From positions 52,700,001-52,764,000 of the forward strand of contig JAGIQG010000013.1 in assembly GCA_024679065.1 (NCBI GenBank): a DNA stretch of 64,000 nt, written 5' to 3'. The notes under the pieces were generated by a model. That model made no database searches. It saw nothing but the letters and a program-made list of their open reading frames with translations, and was not told the origin of the DNA. Below, piece by piece: positions 1 through 12,679 of the stretch (position 1 is the first letter of the stretch; each line of letters opens with the position of its first letter). Made by a program: the position numbers and the translations under genes. This DNA is from Sphyrna mokarran (Eukaryota).

Positions 1-872
1 TCTTGTGTGAGCGCAGTGGCTCCAATCTGCAATCTGCAATTGCTGTCCAGCTCAATTGTTGACCAGCTCGGGACCACTGTAGTGCTCCTCCTCCAGCCTT
101 CCCCCCTATGGCCCAATCACGGTCCCACAACAATTCCCAGGCCAGCCTTGATTCCCTCTCCTGGTCCTGGAGTACCCCGATGTCCAGCCCATCCCTTGCA
201 TCCCCCACAGTGGCGACCGACCCCACTACCTTACTCTGGCAGACTCCCTTCTGCAATCCCACCTCAGGTGGCAGCTCCTCCCTACTTCCAACAGACCACC
301 ATCCCACTCCAGCTCAGACCAATTCCCACGCAGAATGGCAGTGGGACCCCCCCACCTCTGATTGCCCCTAGGTCCCATCCACAATAGGTCCCGCTTCTTG
401 GCACTGCCTGATGGGCAGTGCTAAGGTTCCCCCGGATATATGTACTTTGCCGTCTGGGTAGTGCTGGGAGCACAGGCTGTCACTGTCAAAAAGCCCATGC
501 TTAGGAGCATGCAACCCCCTGCTACCCGACCCCTTCGAAGGCTCTGATTGTTCCCCCCCTTCATTCCGATGGATTTCCCTCTAGTTCCCTGAACGTTGGG
601 AGCTATTCTAAACCACACTGGAATGAAGTACCATTCCAGTGTGGAGTGGGAGATTCAATTGAGCCTGACTAAACACATTAAAAAAAAATTCAAATTACTT
701 ACTTGTCTTCCCACCAGTTTCCAGCGTGGTCTGGACTCCGACTGTTCTCTGGTTCTGGGAGATGCGCATGCACTCCTGGTGCATGTGCAAATCCCAGGAA
801 AAGGCCAACAATTCACATCTCTCAACCATGCCCGCCAGAAAAGTTGTGGGTCGCAATGGGAGAATCGAGCCC
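1..872. mobile_element. Right part of a GC-rich non-autonomous DNA transposon (Harbinger-like MITE family)
   Basis: C-rich low-complexity interior ending in GGGAGAATCGAGCCC, the reverse complement of the GGGC..GATTCTCC-type terminus seen in other copies here. Confidence 0.5.
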
Positions 873-3800
873 AAAGTTGCAAGTGAACTATTAAAGGAGG
901 GAATGAACTACCTCTGCGGGTACATTACCATGTACCCATCTATGTAAAATTGATAATTTTATTATTTTCCATTTATGTAGAGAGATGGGATTTGTTTGAG
1001 TTTATCCATGTAGAAATCACAGGTGTTTGTGATACATTGATGCTAAACTGCAGCTTGGAGGGCAATTTAACAAATATTAAGCTGTGACCAAGTGACATTA
1101 AAAGAAGGAGGGAAGGGTGAAATGGGTCACGGCAAACATGCAAGAAGAGTTGATTCCCCAAAAGCAGGACAAGCACGTCATTGAAAATTAGAATTGTGTT
1201 GGAGCTGCCCCAAAATTTGGCTACCAATACACTAGCTGGAAATATTGTTGCGGAATCTGGTTAATTCATCAATAAATTACATCTTTGATTTACAGAATGA
1301 ACTCTTCAGCTATTAGCCCAAATTCCAAAGGATGACCACAGTGCTATACAAAGCAACATGGAGGTAGGCAAACATTTCCTACCCTCGTTTAATATTCTTT
1401 TATCTCTTGCATGAAAAGGGATTTCTGGAATCTATGAGCTTATTAGGTTCTCCTGTTTTCCTATGTGCTGAATTCTCAATGCTGTTATTTGTTCAGCTGC
1501 ACAGAATGAAAAATATTTTCTGTATTTTTTTTGGTAGTTTAGCATAAACATTTTTAAGATATGTCTCAAATATTTATGGGGGCTCGACTAACAAGAAAAA
1601 CTAAGGCTTATGCTCAGCTCCCACAATTAATGCCAAGATTCCTGCAGCTGAATATCAAGTCTCAACCAACATCTAAAGTCCACACAAATACAAGTAGGCA
1701 AAGTATCACTTATTCTTTTTCCTCCTTGTCAGACCATCTCCCATGTAGTGCTGCCATTTGAAATACAATGTTTAGAATAATAAATGTAGAGTTAACCATC
1801 ATTCATTAAAGTAGGGTTGCTGGAGAATGCATTAGGATATGAAAAATTTAATGTCTTCTGGCATTCCAATGCTTGGAAATGTGCAAAGCTAATTTTCACT
1901 TTAAAACATTTTAGACTTCTTTATTCTGAAGCCTGATGAAACACCTTAACCCAGCCAACAATGTTTCTTCAAACATATTAAAAAAGAGCATTTTTCCTAT
2001 TTTGAGCAGTATCCAACACTTTATGTTCAATCTCTCCATTATGCTTCATTGGCATCTGGCGGATCATGATCACAAATCTGACAGCATAAAAAAGACATCA
2101 CAATCTTTCAGAATAGGCTGTAACTTTTGGGCTCCGCAGCCTCAGACTTAGGAGATACCCCAAGAATTATTGAGAAATCCTTCTCAGGACTTCCCAGTTA
2201 AGCTTTTGCCCAGTAATTGTCAATGAATGCTAATTTTCCCTTGGCAATTGTGAACCATTCAAAAAGCTAACTTTGAATCGTTCTACCAAGGTTATGCAAA
2301 CAGTTATTTAGAAAGAAGTTGGATAAATAAAACCGCTTCTAACTTCTGCGTTATTTTTAAACACCTAGAATAATCAAGACACAGGACTGCCCCCACCAGC
2401 TTCCCCATCTTCACCCCTCCCCAGTGACATTACTGGATCACCTCCCATCAACCCTCCACCCTCCATTCTCCACCAAGTGTCCAACTCACTCACTTCACTG
2501 TATATCTCAAGGACTAATGGATCACATCAAACAGCATGTAAGTAATGAAAGGGACAATGGGCAAGATACAAACTGTACTCAACTAGCCCGTGCTTGCAAA
2601 ATTCAAACCGGGTCCAACATTTAATGTGATCTTGTGTTTTGACAACATTTGCTAATAATCCTCAGTGAGCTAAAAGTTATACTGACGACCAATTAAAGAT
2701 TGTCAGTCAAGCCTGCAGTGGGCACATGTATTGGAGGCTACATCTCTTAATACACAAGGACTTGTATTTTACACACAGGAAGAATATCTACACACCCTGT
2801 AACAGTTTCAGCTTAGCGAAATATTTGATAGTTGGTTCATTCCTCAGGTCAATGTTTTGACTAGAATCAAGCTTCCATTCAAACAATGTTTGGCAGTTAA
2901 TGGTAATTATCATTGGCTGGTGCATTCATTATGGTAATATCTCTACCAGAGTTCACATGCCAACCAATCAACACTCTTCTCTAACATAGTATATATTTAT
3001 TATTTTTGTATTTTGTAAAATGGCCAAGAGTGCAAGATGGAAAAGTTTGACAAAAGCCCCTTTTTTCAACAATATTTTCTATATCCTTTTGTAGCCTCAT
3101 GTTCTCTTCACAACTTACTTTCCCAAGAGCAAATTTAACAACCACACCTTCAATCCATTTACCTAAATAAATTAGATGAATTGTAAAAAGTTGAGGCTCC
3201 AGCACTAATTCCTATGGAATACCACTCATTAATTCCTGCCAACCAGAAAGCAACCTACTTATGTCTATTCTCCTTCATATTAGCAGCTAATCTTCTTCCA
3301 TGCCAGTGTGTTGTCACAGCAAGCATTTATTTTCTGCATAAAATTCTAAATAAAATAGCCCTGTCTCAATGTCATAGAATATTTGAATTATTGCAAGCTT
3401 GTATACCAACATTGGATGTACTAACAGTCAGTTGTATTGTGGCTTGGATAATAGATTCTTCCCCTCTTCACCATCCAAACTCCCCACCCACCAATGCTGC
3501 AACTAATGCCTAGCTCAGTTCTCTTGTGAAACCTGGACAGAGATAAGTGGTTGTCCAAACCAGGAAATTGAGAATGAAATTCAGTACAGGCAATTTTTGA
3601 ATACTTCTAGACAACAGTTTAAGAACACCAAGGGTTTGTGCATAAACTATTTTCGAAATGACTTTTCAGTGTGAGAACAGTGTGTTGCAGATTGCACCCT
3701 TACATCAACATTGTCCAGTTCTTGTCTCTTGCATTGAGAGTTGACTATAAACTGAGATAATGGCAAGTGGCCAGACCTGAACACGTGTTTCGAAATTCTC

Positions 3801-5000
3801 ATTAATCTTTATTAAACATGTGCTGAGTTCACCAAAACTGTTCTGCCAAGTAATAACTATACAAATTTTTGAAGATATTAAAAGCAGCACACAGACTACT
3901 ATTCAGAGCTATTACAATTGATATTAGCCACAATTAAATGCTTGGATCACATCTTTGCCTATTTCTACTCAAACACTTAGCTAAATAAAGAACACCTGGG
4001 AATCAAATAATTTTCATAGTTTGCTAAATTAGTTCTTGAGTCTGGTTACTGTATGCCCCTTTTACAAAAAGCCCATTGCAATGGTGCATGAAATTGAACT
4101 CAAGAGAGTCACCATTTTTTGCAACATGTGAGTGGTTACAATTTAGATGTAAAGCCTCAAGCATGGACCGCTGGAGGGGAACTCAAAAGATTCTGCACTG
4201 CTAAAATTAATGAACACATGCACCTGGTAATTATGCTACTTTATCTTTCTAAGAACATTCACATTGTTCCATCAGCAGGTTTAAATGAAAATCCATTCTT
4301 AATATTCCCCTGCTAAGAATCCATCTAAAAAAAAATTAAATACCAGGCTGAAAACTGTTAAACACACAAATCTCTACTGCTGTGTGAGGAAACAACAATA
4401 ACAACCTTTTGAATGTCAGTTCTGTGTTCAGCAAGTTCCATCTGAAACACTCTCCATTCACAGGCTAGCTTTGACAGAAAGTAGTATTTAAGGGTTCAAG
4501 ACAAAGCATAAAATAAAAGATAGCCTGCTCATAACCTCCAATTGTGCACTCGAGGATGAATCTCAGCGAGGACTGTGTTCTTATTAAAAGGGAGCAGTAT
4601 ATCAAACACCTTCTTTAGTGTATTCATCAAGATTTTTTTCCCTGATCAGCAACCTTCAAAGTAACTGAATGAAACAGCACCTCTTACACCACCTTGTGTG
4701 AGGCTTGTGAGCGTGGGGATGTTGGCCTTCTACAGCACCTTAATGAATTCAGATACTAGCTGGGTACTGATGAGTAATTGAAGCAGGCAGTTTGCAGCAT
4801 GTTTTGATCACTGAATCCCCTTGCCTCTCATCTCTAACAAGCCATTATGCAAACATTCAATCTGGACCTTTATATCCTTAGTGTAAAAGCATCTCCTCCC
4901 ACCCCAAGCAACCCGACAGACAACTGAAAGGAAAGCCCAGATGCTACTTCGACTGAGGAATCAAAAATTACCATCAAACCCTGGCATATCTTTCTCTTAC

Positions 5001-5095
5001 CTCAATGTCAGAATTTACAGAGACCAGTAAGCTTCTGTTCAGAGCTATGTTACTTTAACACATCCGCATTCACACACAGCTGTGGCATCGCTGTT
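5001..5095 (-). other. DMD: Candidate Dp140-like non-coding alternative first exon
   Basis: Strong donor GAG|GTAAGA at 5001/5000 in gene sense. Sequence AGCGATGCCACAGCTGTG...TGCGGA...GCTCTGAACAGAAGC...ATTGAG resembles my recollection of human Dp140 exon 1 (AGCAATGGCAAAGCTTTGTGCGGA...GCTCTGAACTAAAAGC...ATTAAG). Lies in the expected intron. 5' boundary uncertain. Confidence 0.6.
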
Positions 5096-5270
5096 GTTAT
5101 TCAACAGAAGTGGAGGCTGTCGCCTGGATGCTGAATTGCACAGCAACTAACTTTAATGTAGCAGAGGTTCAGTGGAAAACCTGGCCTGTTACTAAGTGAG
5201 CCGATGGACTGGATTAATCAATCAGCCTGTAACGCTCAAAGTCAGTGTCAATCTCTTTAGGATGCTGAGA
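5096..5270 (-). promoter_or_regulatory. Putative internal promoter upstream of the Dp140-like exon
   Basis: Repeat-free; adjacent TGATTGAT (PBX-type) and TAATCC (OTX/PITX-type) at 5211-5224, and an X-box-like GTTACTAAGTGAGC at 5188-5201. Motifs only. Confidence 0.4.
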
Positions 5271-6362
5271 CTGCACATAATAATTTTAAACACAAATACA
5301 AAATGGCTGTTTTGCAACATTAGAAACCACAAAGGGAAGATGACTTTAAAACAAAAATCATGAACAAGCAATATGATGTCCCTGATACTAGTCAATGAGT
5401 CAAATAGATTATATAATACAAAAAAAACTAGGGGGGATCTGTGTTGATATTGGTAATTATAATTGATTCCAGAGACAAGGTTAATAATGCAATGTCCAAG
5501 ATGTTGAATTAACCAATAATTGGCAGCAATGCAGAATTATTAATTAAATGTGTAAACTCTGATATTTGATTTAATAAATAGTTCATCGAAGGGGAGAAGA
5601 AGTCAAACAATTACCCTGTGCATATACATAGCTCTTTGCTCTTGCTTACATTTACTGTCATTTGCAGGCCATCTATACATTGTATCTGATTTATATTAAA
5701 ATCTATTAGTTCATGTGATATGTATTTTTTATTCAGGAAGCTAACTACTGTAAGAATACTTGCCATAATCTTAACCATATCAAATGCATTATCTGGAAAT
5801 ATAATTTAGCTTCCTTACATCTGTTGGGCTGAAATGCCACTGCTGTCACTATCTCTAATTGTTTATACAAAAAGTCAAAAAGCTCACAAGTGTAGAAAAA
5901 TAAAACTTAATAATGATCATAACTTTTGCAATTTATTTTTCTAAAAATCAGTTCTCAAGACAAAACTCACTAAGCAAGGTAGGTTTAATGAAGTCAATAT
6001 CTCAGGGATACGTATGTATGTTTCGTGCACCGCTGTTTAATTATCTGCCTTATAACACCATTCAAGGAGCATGGTGTGTAAGTGCCCATCAGTTGACATC
6101 TACTGTTACACAATAATCAGTGTTCATATGCAGTCACATACAAACCAAAGCGTATAATACTATTACGCACAGAGCTGTGCTCATATACTTTTACATTTCC
6201 TCATTGAAATTCTTGAAACTGTCATGGTATTCATGCACAGCGACATGTCACATTATCTTTCATACCGTTGTGTGCAAAATAATGAAAAGATTGCCACACG
6301 TGCACCAGCCAGCACCACAGATTGTATTAAGGATCATAACCATATTTTGGCAAATATAATTG

Positions 6363-6462
6363 TGTACATACACATACAGAGAGAGAGAGAGAGAGAGATA
6401 CTACATATCTAAATACATACATATATATCTATACAGACCTACACACAAACACATTCACACAT
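6363..6462. repeat. Compound microsatellite (CA/TA, (GA)n)
   Basis: catacacatacagagagagagagagagagagata...catacatatatatctata...cacacaaacacattcacacat. Confidence 0.85.
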
Positions 6463-8384
6463 ATCCCCATTAGTTGTTGAATAGGAGAGCCTCTATCTGC
6501 TACCACACACAGATAACTGCACCAGCATACTGCTACACAAGGAGAATTGCCTCTAAGCTGTGGCTTGTAAAATCCTGTTAAAAAACTAACAAAGTACAAC
6601 TTTATGAAAAGTAAACAGTTTAATCATTAATTGTCATGCTTCAATAAAGTCATCACATTAATACAATCTTACTTTCACTCAAAGGATATCAGGTTAGAAT
6701 GTCAGTTATGGCTCCTCTATTTTGAAATCAGGACTGGATCATTTTGGATCTAGGTTTTGCTGGATCGGTTGAGTTGCTTTCCCTTTCTTTAACTGTTAAC
6801 TCTTTCTCGGGTCCAGTTCATCCCATTGAAAGGCTGTTAGCCCATCAGTACTTTCCTGAAGTTACCATTTATGAGCCTATATGGTCCATACCACCATTTC
6901 AGAGGGCCACAGCCAAGACCAGGCTGTCTTCATCGAATTTGCATGCACCAATGCAACTCATGAATTATAATCAGAGTTCCATCTCGCCTCCAACAGGTGA
7001 TTGCACTGCAAAGTTTTACCTTCTTTGGCTTAATATTTTCATATCCACCAAACCAGAATTATTAAACAGGGAATTTCCTCAGCTGCTTCTGCTCCCGTTG
7101 TAACACCAGCAGAAGTATGGTGGAAGCCAGTTACGTATCCAAATAGGTTTTCTGCTCCACTTCTTGAAGCAAGCTTTATTGGAGGAGAATGGACCGCACT
7201 GAGGAGGTTTCTGGCGTTGATGCCCAATGTCATTCTGCTGTCCTATAGCTACACGCAAATTCAGAGAAACACAGTGTTTTACTTAGAAGAGGTCACATGC
7301 AGAGTAAAGGAATCCTGTAATTATGCACAGCAGGTTTGAATGTGAAAGGGAAAGATAGGCAAAATATGTGTAGTCCAATATGTTCACTGCATATGGCATA
7401 TCAGGCAGACATGTGGCAAATTATTGTTCTTCTACAGATGAGAGATTTTAATCAAATGGGTATCAGTATCTTGCAGCAGCCTATTCAACTGAGGATGCAG
7501 TTCAAGATTTTGTCAGACATGATTCGTGTCTGTATAAAAAGTGGAAAATTCTACAAGAAAAATAATCTTGAACATTTGAAAACTGTAGTCTAGCAACATT
7601 ATGGTATGCAGTTAAAAGGTCAGCATTAAAGGAAGTGTAAACATGTTGAAATATTCTTTTTGCTTTGCCACAACTGGACACTGTATCATGATTAGTCACT
7701 GCTACCAAAAATATACTTGAGACATCTGCTGTCGTAGTTCACTATTGTTCATTTATAACCTATCCATCAATCTCAGTTCATCTATGCAACTTTGTTACTT
7801 AATTCATCCCATTCGTCACATATACTTTGTATCACCTGGTAATTATGGTGAGCTGATACAAATTTGGCAAATGTCAAAAATCCTTTTGGATTATACAGGG
7901 ATGAATGAGTCATCTCCAAAGCATGGTTTAGTCGGTCTTAAGATATTCTTAGTCTTAGGTAGTTTAATAATAAGTATTTATTAACTATTCCAACTCTGCA
8001 ATGAATGTTGTGTCCACCATCATTGCATGGATAGCAGTGTACAAAGTTCCACATTTATGCTGTGGAATAGACAGATAATACTGAGATTTGTTGAACTATG
8101 CCAGTTTAATCAAAAATAATGGGTGGAATTCTCCCAAAAAATTCTTAGTGCCAATATCATATAAAAACAAGAATAAATACCGCTGATTTTTCAGCAGGAT
8201 TTTCGAAATGAATCTCCCACACTTCATGCATCACAGAGAGCCCTAGAGTGAAGCTTGAGAAAAAATATTTTCAACAATGGGTCAATGATGTAGGGCACAT
8301 ATATTACTCGATGTGCCATGAAACTTGAGTGCTGTTCAAGAAACGAGGCCTAGGCTATTTTATACTTTCAGCATCATTCATGAA

Positions 8385-9185
8385 AACAAGCAGCAAGAAT
8401 ACAGCATTTGGTCCTTCAAGCCTGCTCCACCATTCAATATGATAATGACTGATTCTCTACTTCAATGCCGTATTTTTGCTTACTCCCTATTTCCCTTGAT
8501 GCCATGAAAATCTAAAAACATTTCTGTTTCTCTCTTGAATGCATTGTGACTTGGCCTCCACAGCCTTCTAGATTCCCCAAACAGGGAAAACATCTTCCCT
8601 CTATCTAGTCTGTCCATGCCTGTTAGAATTTTATACATTTCAATCAGATCCCCTCTCACCTTCCTAATCTCTTATTAATACAGGCCCAATCAAACCAATC
8701 TCTCCTCAAAGGACCATCCGACAAAGCCAAGTATCAGCCTAGTAAAGCTCCAATGCATGCATCTCTGGCAAACATATCCTTCCTTAGGGAGGGAGACCAG
8801 AACTGCATGCAATACTCGTGGTGTGTTCCCACCATGGCCCTGTATAACTGCAGTAAGAAATCTCTATTTCTGAACAAAATTCCTTGTGCAATGCAAACTA
8901 AATTTCCACTTGACTTCCTAATTACTTGCTAAACCTGCCTCTTCATTTCTATTGACTGGCGTACAAGAACACAGATTCCTTTGTATACCCACATTTCCCA
9001 ATATACCACCATTTAGATAATACTCTTCTTTTCTGTTTTTCACACCAAAATATCTAACTTCACATTTAGCCACATTGTAATGTATCTGCCATGTGTTTGC
9101 CCATTCACTCAGCTTGTCTAGATCACCTTGAAACGTTCTTGCATCTTTCACACAACTCAATTTTGTTTCATCAGCAAACTTGTAA
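8385..9185 (-). mobile_element. CR1-like LINE 3' fragment (decayed RT C-terminus and tail)
   Basis: Minus ORF 8918-9160 FQGDLDKLSEWANTWQIHYNVAKCEVRYFG, the CR1 RT signature; typical 3' UTR toward 8385. Confidence 0.85.
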
Positions 9186-10130
9186 ACCTTATCTTCTTAT
9201 TTTTTTCTCTGAATGTCAACATTAGAAAAAGATGACGGTATTTTAATCATTAAAGAGCTTAAGGCTGAAAATTACAAATGTATAGAAATTTACAATGGAC
9301 ACTGCACTTCAGACAGAAGAAGGTGTCTTTGACTTTGTTGTCAGGAATCCAGAATCTAACCCATTTTCCCTGTGGAATGTATTCAGAGTACTGATGGCAA
9401 CATAAGGTGTGATTGCAACATTTCTTTGTTTGCCACAACCTATTCCAATAAATACTTGTGATATAAACAACACATTATATTTTAAGCATTGCAAAATAGT
9501 TCAAATGTACTTTCTTACTGCTACTTGTTTTTCCCTTTCACTTATGAATCAAACACTTAAAATATTTCTGTTGGCTGTTTTCTCTCCCACTCAAAATAAT
9601 AAGTCTGACAGGGGGATAAATCCCTGTTCAGTGTGAAAATTTATACACCTCCCACACTTCCATTATTTTTCATGAAATTGTTGTGAATCTATGTCCTCTA
9701 ACATCAAAAGTAATAAACAATCTCTGTTGGCTTAATGCTAAAACTCCATAAAGAAAGCTAACACAATGTGAACTGTTTATTCGTAAAGCTTTTCAGTAAA
9801 CTGGCCATTCTTAACATGGGATTAGATAAATACCGATGGTTCTCTGCTTTGGAGAGCTAGACATTATCCACTTGTAAAACCACATCATGGTATAATTCAA
9901 AGACCATTTCAGCCATGTTTCAGTTACAAGAGAGTCATGGCACTTGAGTTATGAGGCTTTTGCATACATGTAAAAATGGCTGCAACTCACAGTTAGTGGC
10001 AAAGCATCTTGATTATGCTAAAGGTGTGCGCTTCCAAGAGATTACTAAGCTCTTTCTGAAGTTAACTGTAGGCTGGATTTTATTGGTGTCATGGTCCCTG
10101 CATCTCTTCCACTGCTTCCCCAGCCACTAT

Positions 10131-10421
10131 CACAGTAGCAGAGCAGTTAGTACTGCTGCCTCACAGTGCCAGGAACCCGATTCGATTCTCGGCTTGGGTT
10201 ACTGTCTTGGCAGAAGTTCTCTGCACGTTCTCCCCATGTCTGCACGGATTTCCTTCGGGTGTTTTGGTTTTCTCCCACAATCTGAAAGACATGCTGGTTA
10301 GGTGCATTGGCCATGCTAAATTTTTCCTCTGTGCACCCAAACAAGCACCAAAGAGTGACAACTAGGGGATTTTCACAGTAACTTCATTGCAGAGTTAACG
10401 TGACACTAATAAATAAACTTT
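10131..10421 (+). mobile_element. tRNA-derived HE1/V-SINE-like SINE with alternative tail
   Basis: gttagtactgctgcctcacagtgccagg..ttcgattc head, V-domain-like core (ttctccccatgtctgc..tttcct), tail ending taataaataaacttt. Confidence 0.75.
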
Positions 10422-10544
10422 CAAACTTAAGCCAGAGGGTGGAGTGCCCATGATTCTGATAGCAATTTAACATAGGAAACAGTGATAATTGCTTTAAGGT
10501 GAGTTTTCTACCCTATCTTTGGAAGAATTCCTGCCTTACAGTGC

Positions 10545-11270
10545 TATTAGTCAGTTGAAAAGCAGGCAGTTCTGTAGTCCCACAATGCCAGCTGGAAATG
10601 GTGGCCAATGCTGGGAGACAGGCAATGCTGAGTAGCCCCAAATATCCCAGACCAAAGATCTTGGCAAGAGAGATGGTGGGATGGGAGTCCATTTCAATAA
10701 GCCAAGTGGGTGGGGAAGAGCATGAAGAATGTCTTGGTTAGGGTGCAGCGGCTCTTGACATGTCCAGGAGATCCTAAAAGCAGATTGACCCATCCTTTAT
10801 CAGCGTGGATGTTGAGTCTTTCATGTGAACATGAGGATATGGAGGGAATAAAGGAAAAGTGCACTGGGTTCAGGCACAGATTGTCATGAATTGTCACTGG
10901 GGCTGTAAAGGATCATGAATATGAGTGGGGGTGTGACATGGATTGGAATTGGGAATACGAGGGGCTATGGATGATGGGTGCGAGTGCATGAGATAGCATA
11001 CGTTAGTATGGATGGGTATGAGAAGCATGTTGGAGCTGAGGCTGTTGTTTTAATCATTTTTAAAATTAAATTCAACAAAGTGCCTCAACACCTAGCAACC
11101 TCTGCACTGGTTCTGAGGCGGTAGGCCTGACAGCACATGCATCCTACCCCCCAGCGTCCCAAGAATGAAAATCAGAATTGTGGGCCACCATTTTTAACAA
11201 GTAATTTTACAGAGCTGGGAATTCTCCCATATCTGCACATCCGACTTGGAAGTGAAAACCTGAATCTGGG
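10545..11270. mobile_element. Decayed GC-rich MITE-like element
   Basis: GC-richer block with G-rich GGGTATG/GGCATG-like low complexity, similar to other MITE interiors in the window. Confidence 0.35.
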
Positions 11271-12341
11271 TCTTTCTAGGATCTGATTTCTGGTTTAAAA
11301 TAGAGTAGGTATCCAATAAATGATGATGTGATAAAGTTGCCTGGAAGTTGAAACAACAGATAAAATGGTCAACATTTTAATTTTAAGGGTAAGTTAGTTC
11401 TTGGTAGTGGTTCTCTGTTCAAGCAGTTCAGTTTTAGGACAAGTGGACTACAGAAAAGAAAATCTCAAAATCTCCCTCAAAAACAAAGTTCATGAGAAGC
11501 TTGGTGTGTTGGTGAAAAGTTTTAAACGCTTGCTAACTAAAGGACTCCTTTAAGAACTGTGAGTGAGATGTCTGGTTTAGCCAAACTGAACAACTGAGCG
11601 TTTAAATGCAAAATTTCCAAGTTAAAGAAAATTAAATCAGAAGTGGCTATGCTTAAGAAATGAGAGATGCTGGTGTTGAATGGGGAGTTTACAATGGGAT
11701 GATTGGAAGATATTTGAAGAAAAAAAACTTGCCAAAAGTAAACAGCAGGCCAAGAAATTTAGCCTTTATATAGAGTTTTGCAATAGTATTCAGACTAAAT
11801 GGTTAATTGTCCAATTTTCGACATTCATCTAACCTGAGATTTTTGGAGAGCATAATACTCTCCAATGTAGAAGGAAATGCAATTTAAAGAATTTGTTTTA
11901 AGTTATAAGTGACTGAATACATTGTAGCTTTACCGCAATGACTATTTAAGATAGAGTGACTTTACTGGTATTCATATTCTTTGAATATTTTTTAATTTAA
12001 ACCATGAACTATGTGACTTCAGCTTCTAGGAAATACTTATGTTTTTGGATTCTAAAACAAATTACTGATCTCTAATGAGATCGTAATCGTAATATGAAAA
12101 CTGACTACTAGAGTGTAGATCTGCAATGGTAAATGAAGGGTTTTAATTAAAACGTGAAACCTTCTAAACCTGTAGTCATAGCTAATTCAGATTTCTGAAA
12201 TAAAAAAATTACAGACCCCCAAGACCGAATTTTACAAATCTAATATTAAATTGCAAGATGCAGCATGAAGAACATTTTGGCTTTTGATGCCGAAAACATT
12301 TTTCCATTTACCCAATTCATTAAGTGACACCTAGTGATTGA

Positions 12342-12679
12342 GGGCAGCTCAGTAGCACAGTGATTAGCACTGCTGCTTCACAGGTCCAGGTACCTGGTTT
12401 CGATTCCCAGCTTGGGTCACTGTCTGAGTGGAGTTTGCACATTCCCCTCGTATCTGCGTACATTTCCTCCTGCTGCTCTGGTTTTGTCCCACAGTTCAAA
12501 GATGTGCGGGTCAGGTTGTTTGGCCATGCTCAAAAAAATGCCCTTACTGTCCTGAGTTGCGTAGATTAGAGGGATTAGTGGGTAAATAAGTAGGGATAGG
12601 GGGGTAGGGCCTAGGTGGGATTGTGGTTGGTGCAGACTTGTTGGGCCAAATGGCCTCTTTCTGCACTGAAGGGATTCTA
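12342..12679 (+). mobile_element. HE1-like SINE, near full length
   Basis: gggcagc..agtagcacagtgattagcactgctgcttcacag A/B-box head; CR1-like tail gggccaaatggcctctttctgcactg..gggattcta. Confidence 0.85.

Noticed and set aside
7-387. 126-aa Pro-rich ORF and overlapping ORFs
   Set aside because: Product of a C-rich MITE interior; no start context, splice signals or recognisable domain.
6744-7103. 119-aa plus-strand ORF
   Set aside because: TTG start, no recognisable protein family, antisense to DMD.
7039-7245. Minus-strand GQQNDIGHQRQ resembling the start of DMD exon 45 (ELQDGIGQRQ)
   Set aside because: Similarity stops after a few residues, the frame hits a stop, there is no good polypyrimidine tract, and no 176-nt exon with a donor fits.
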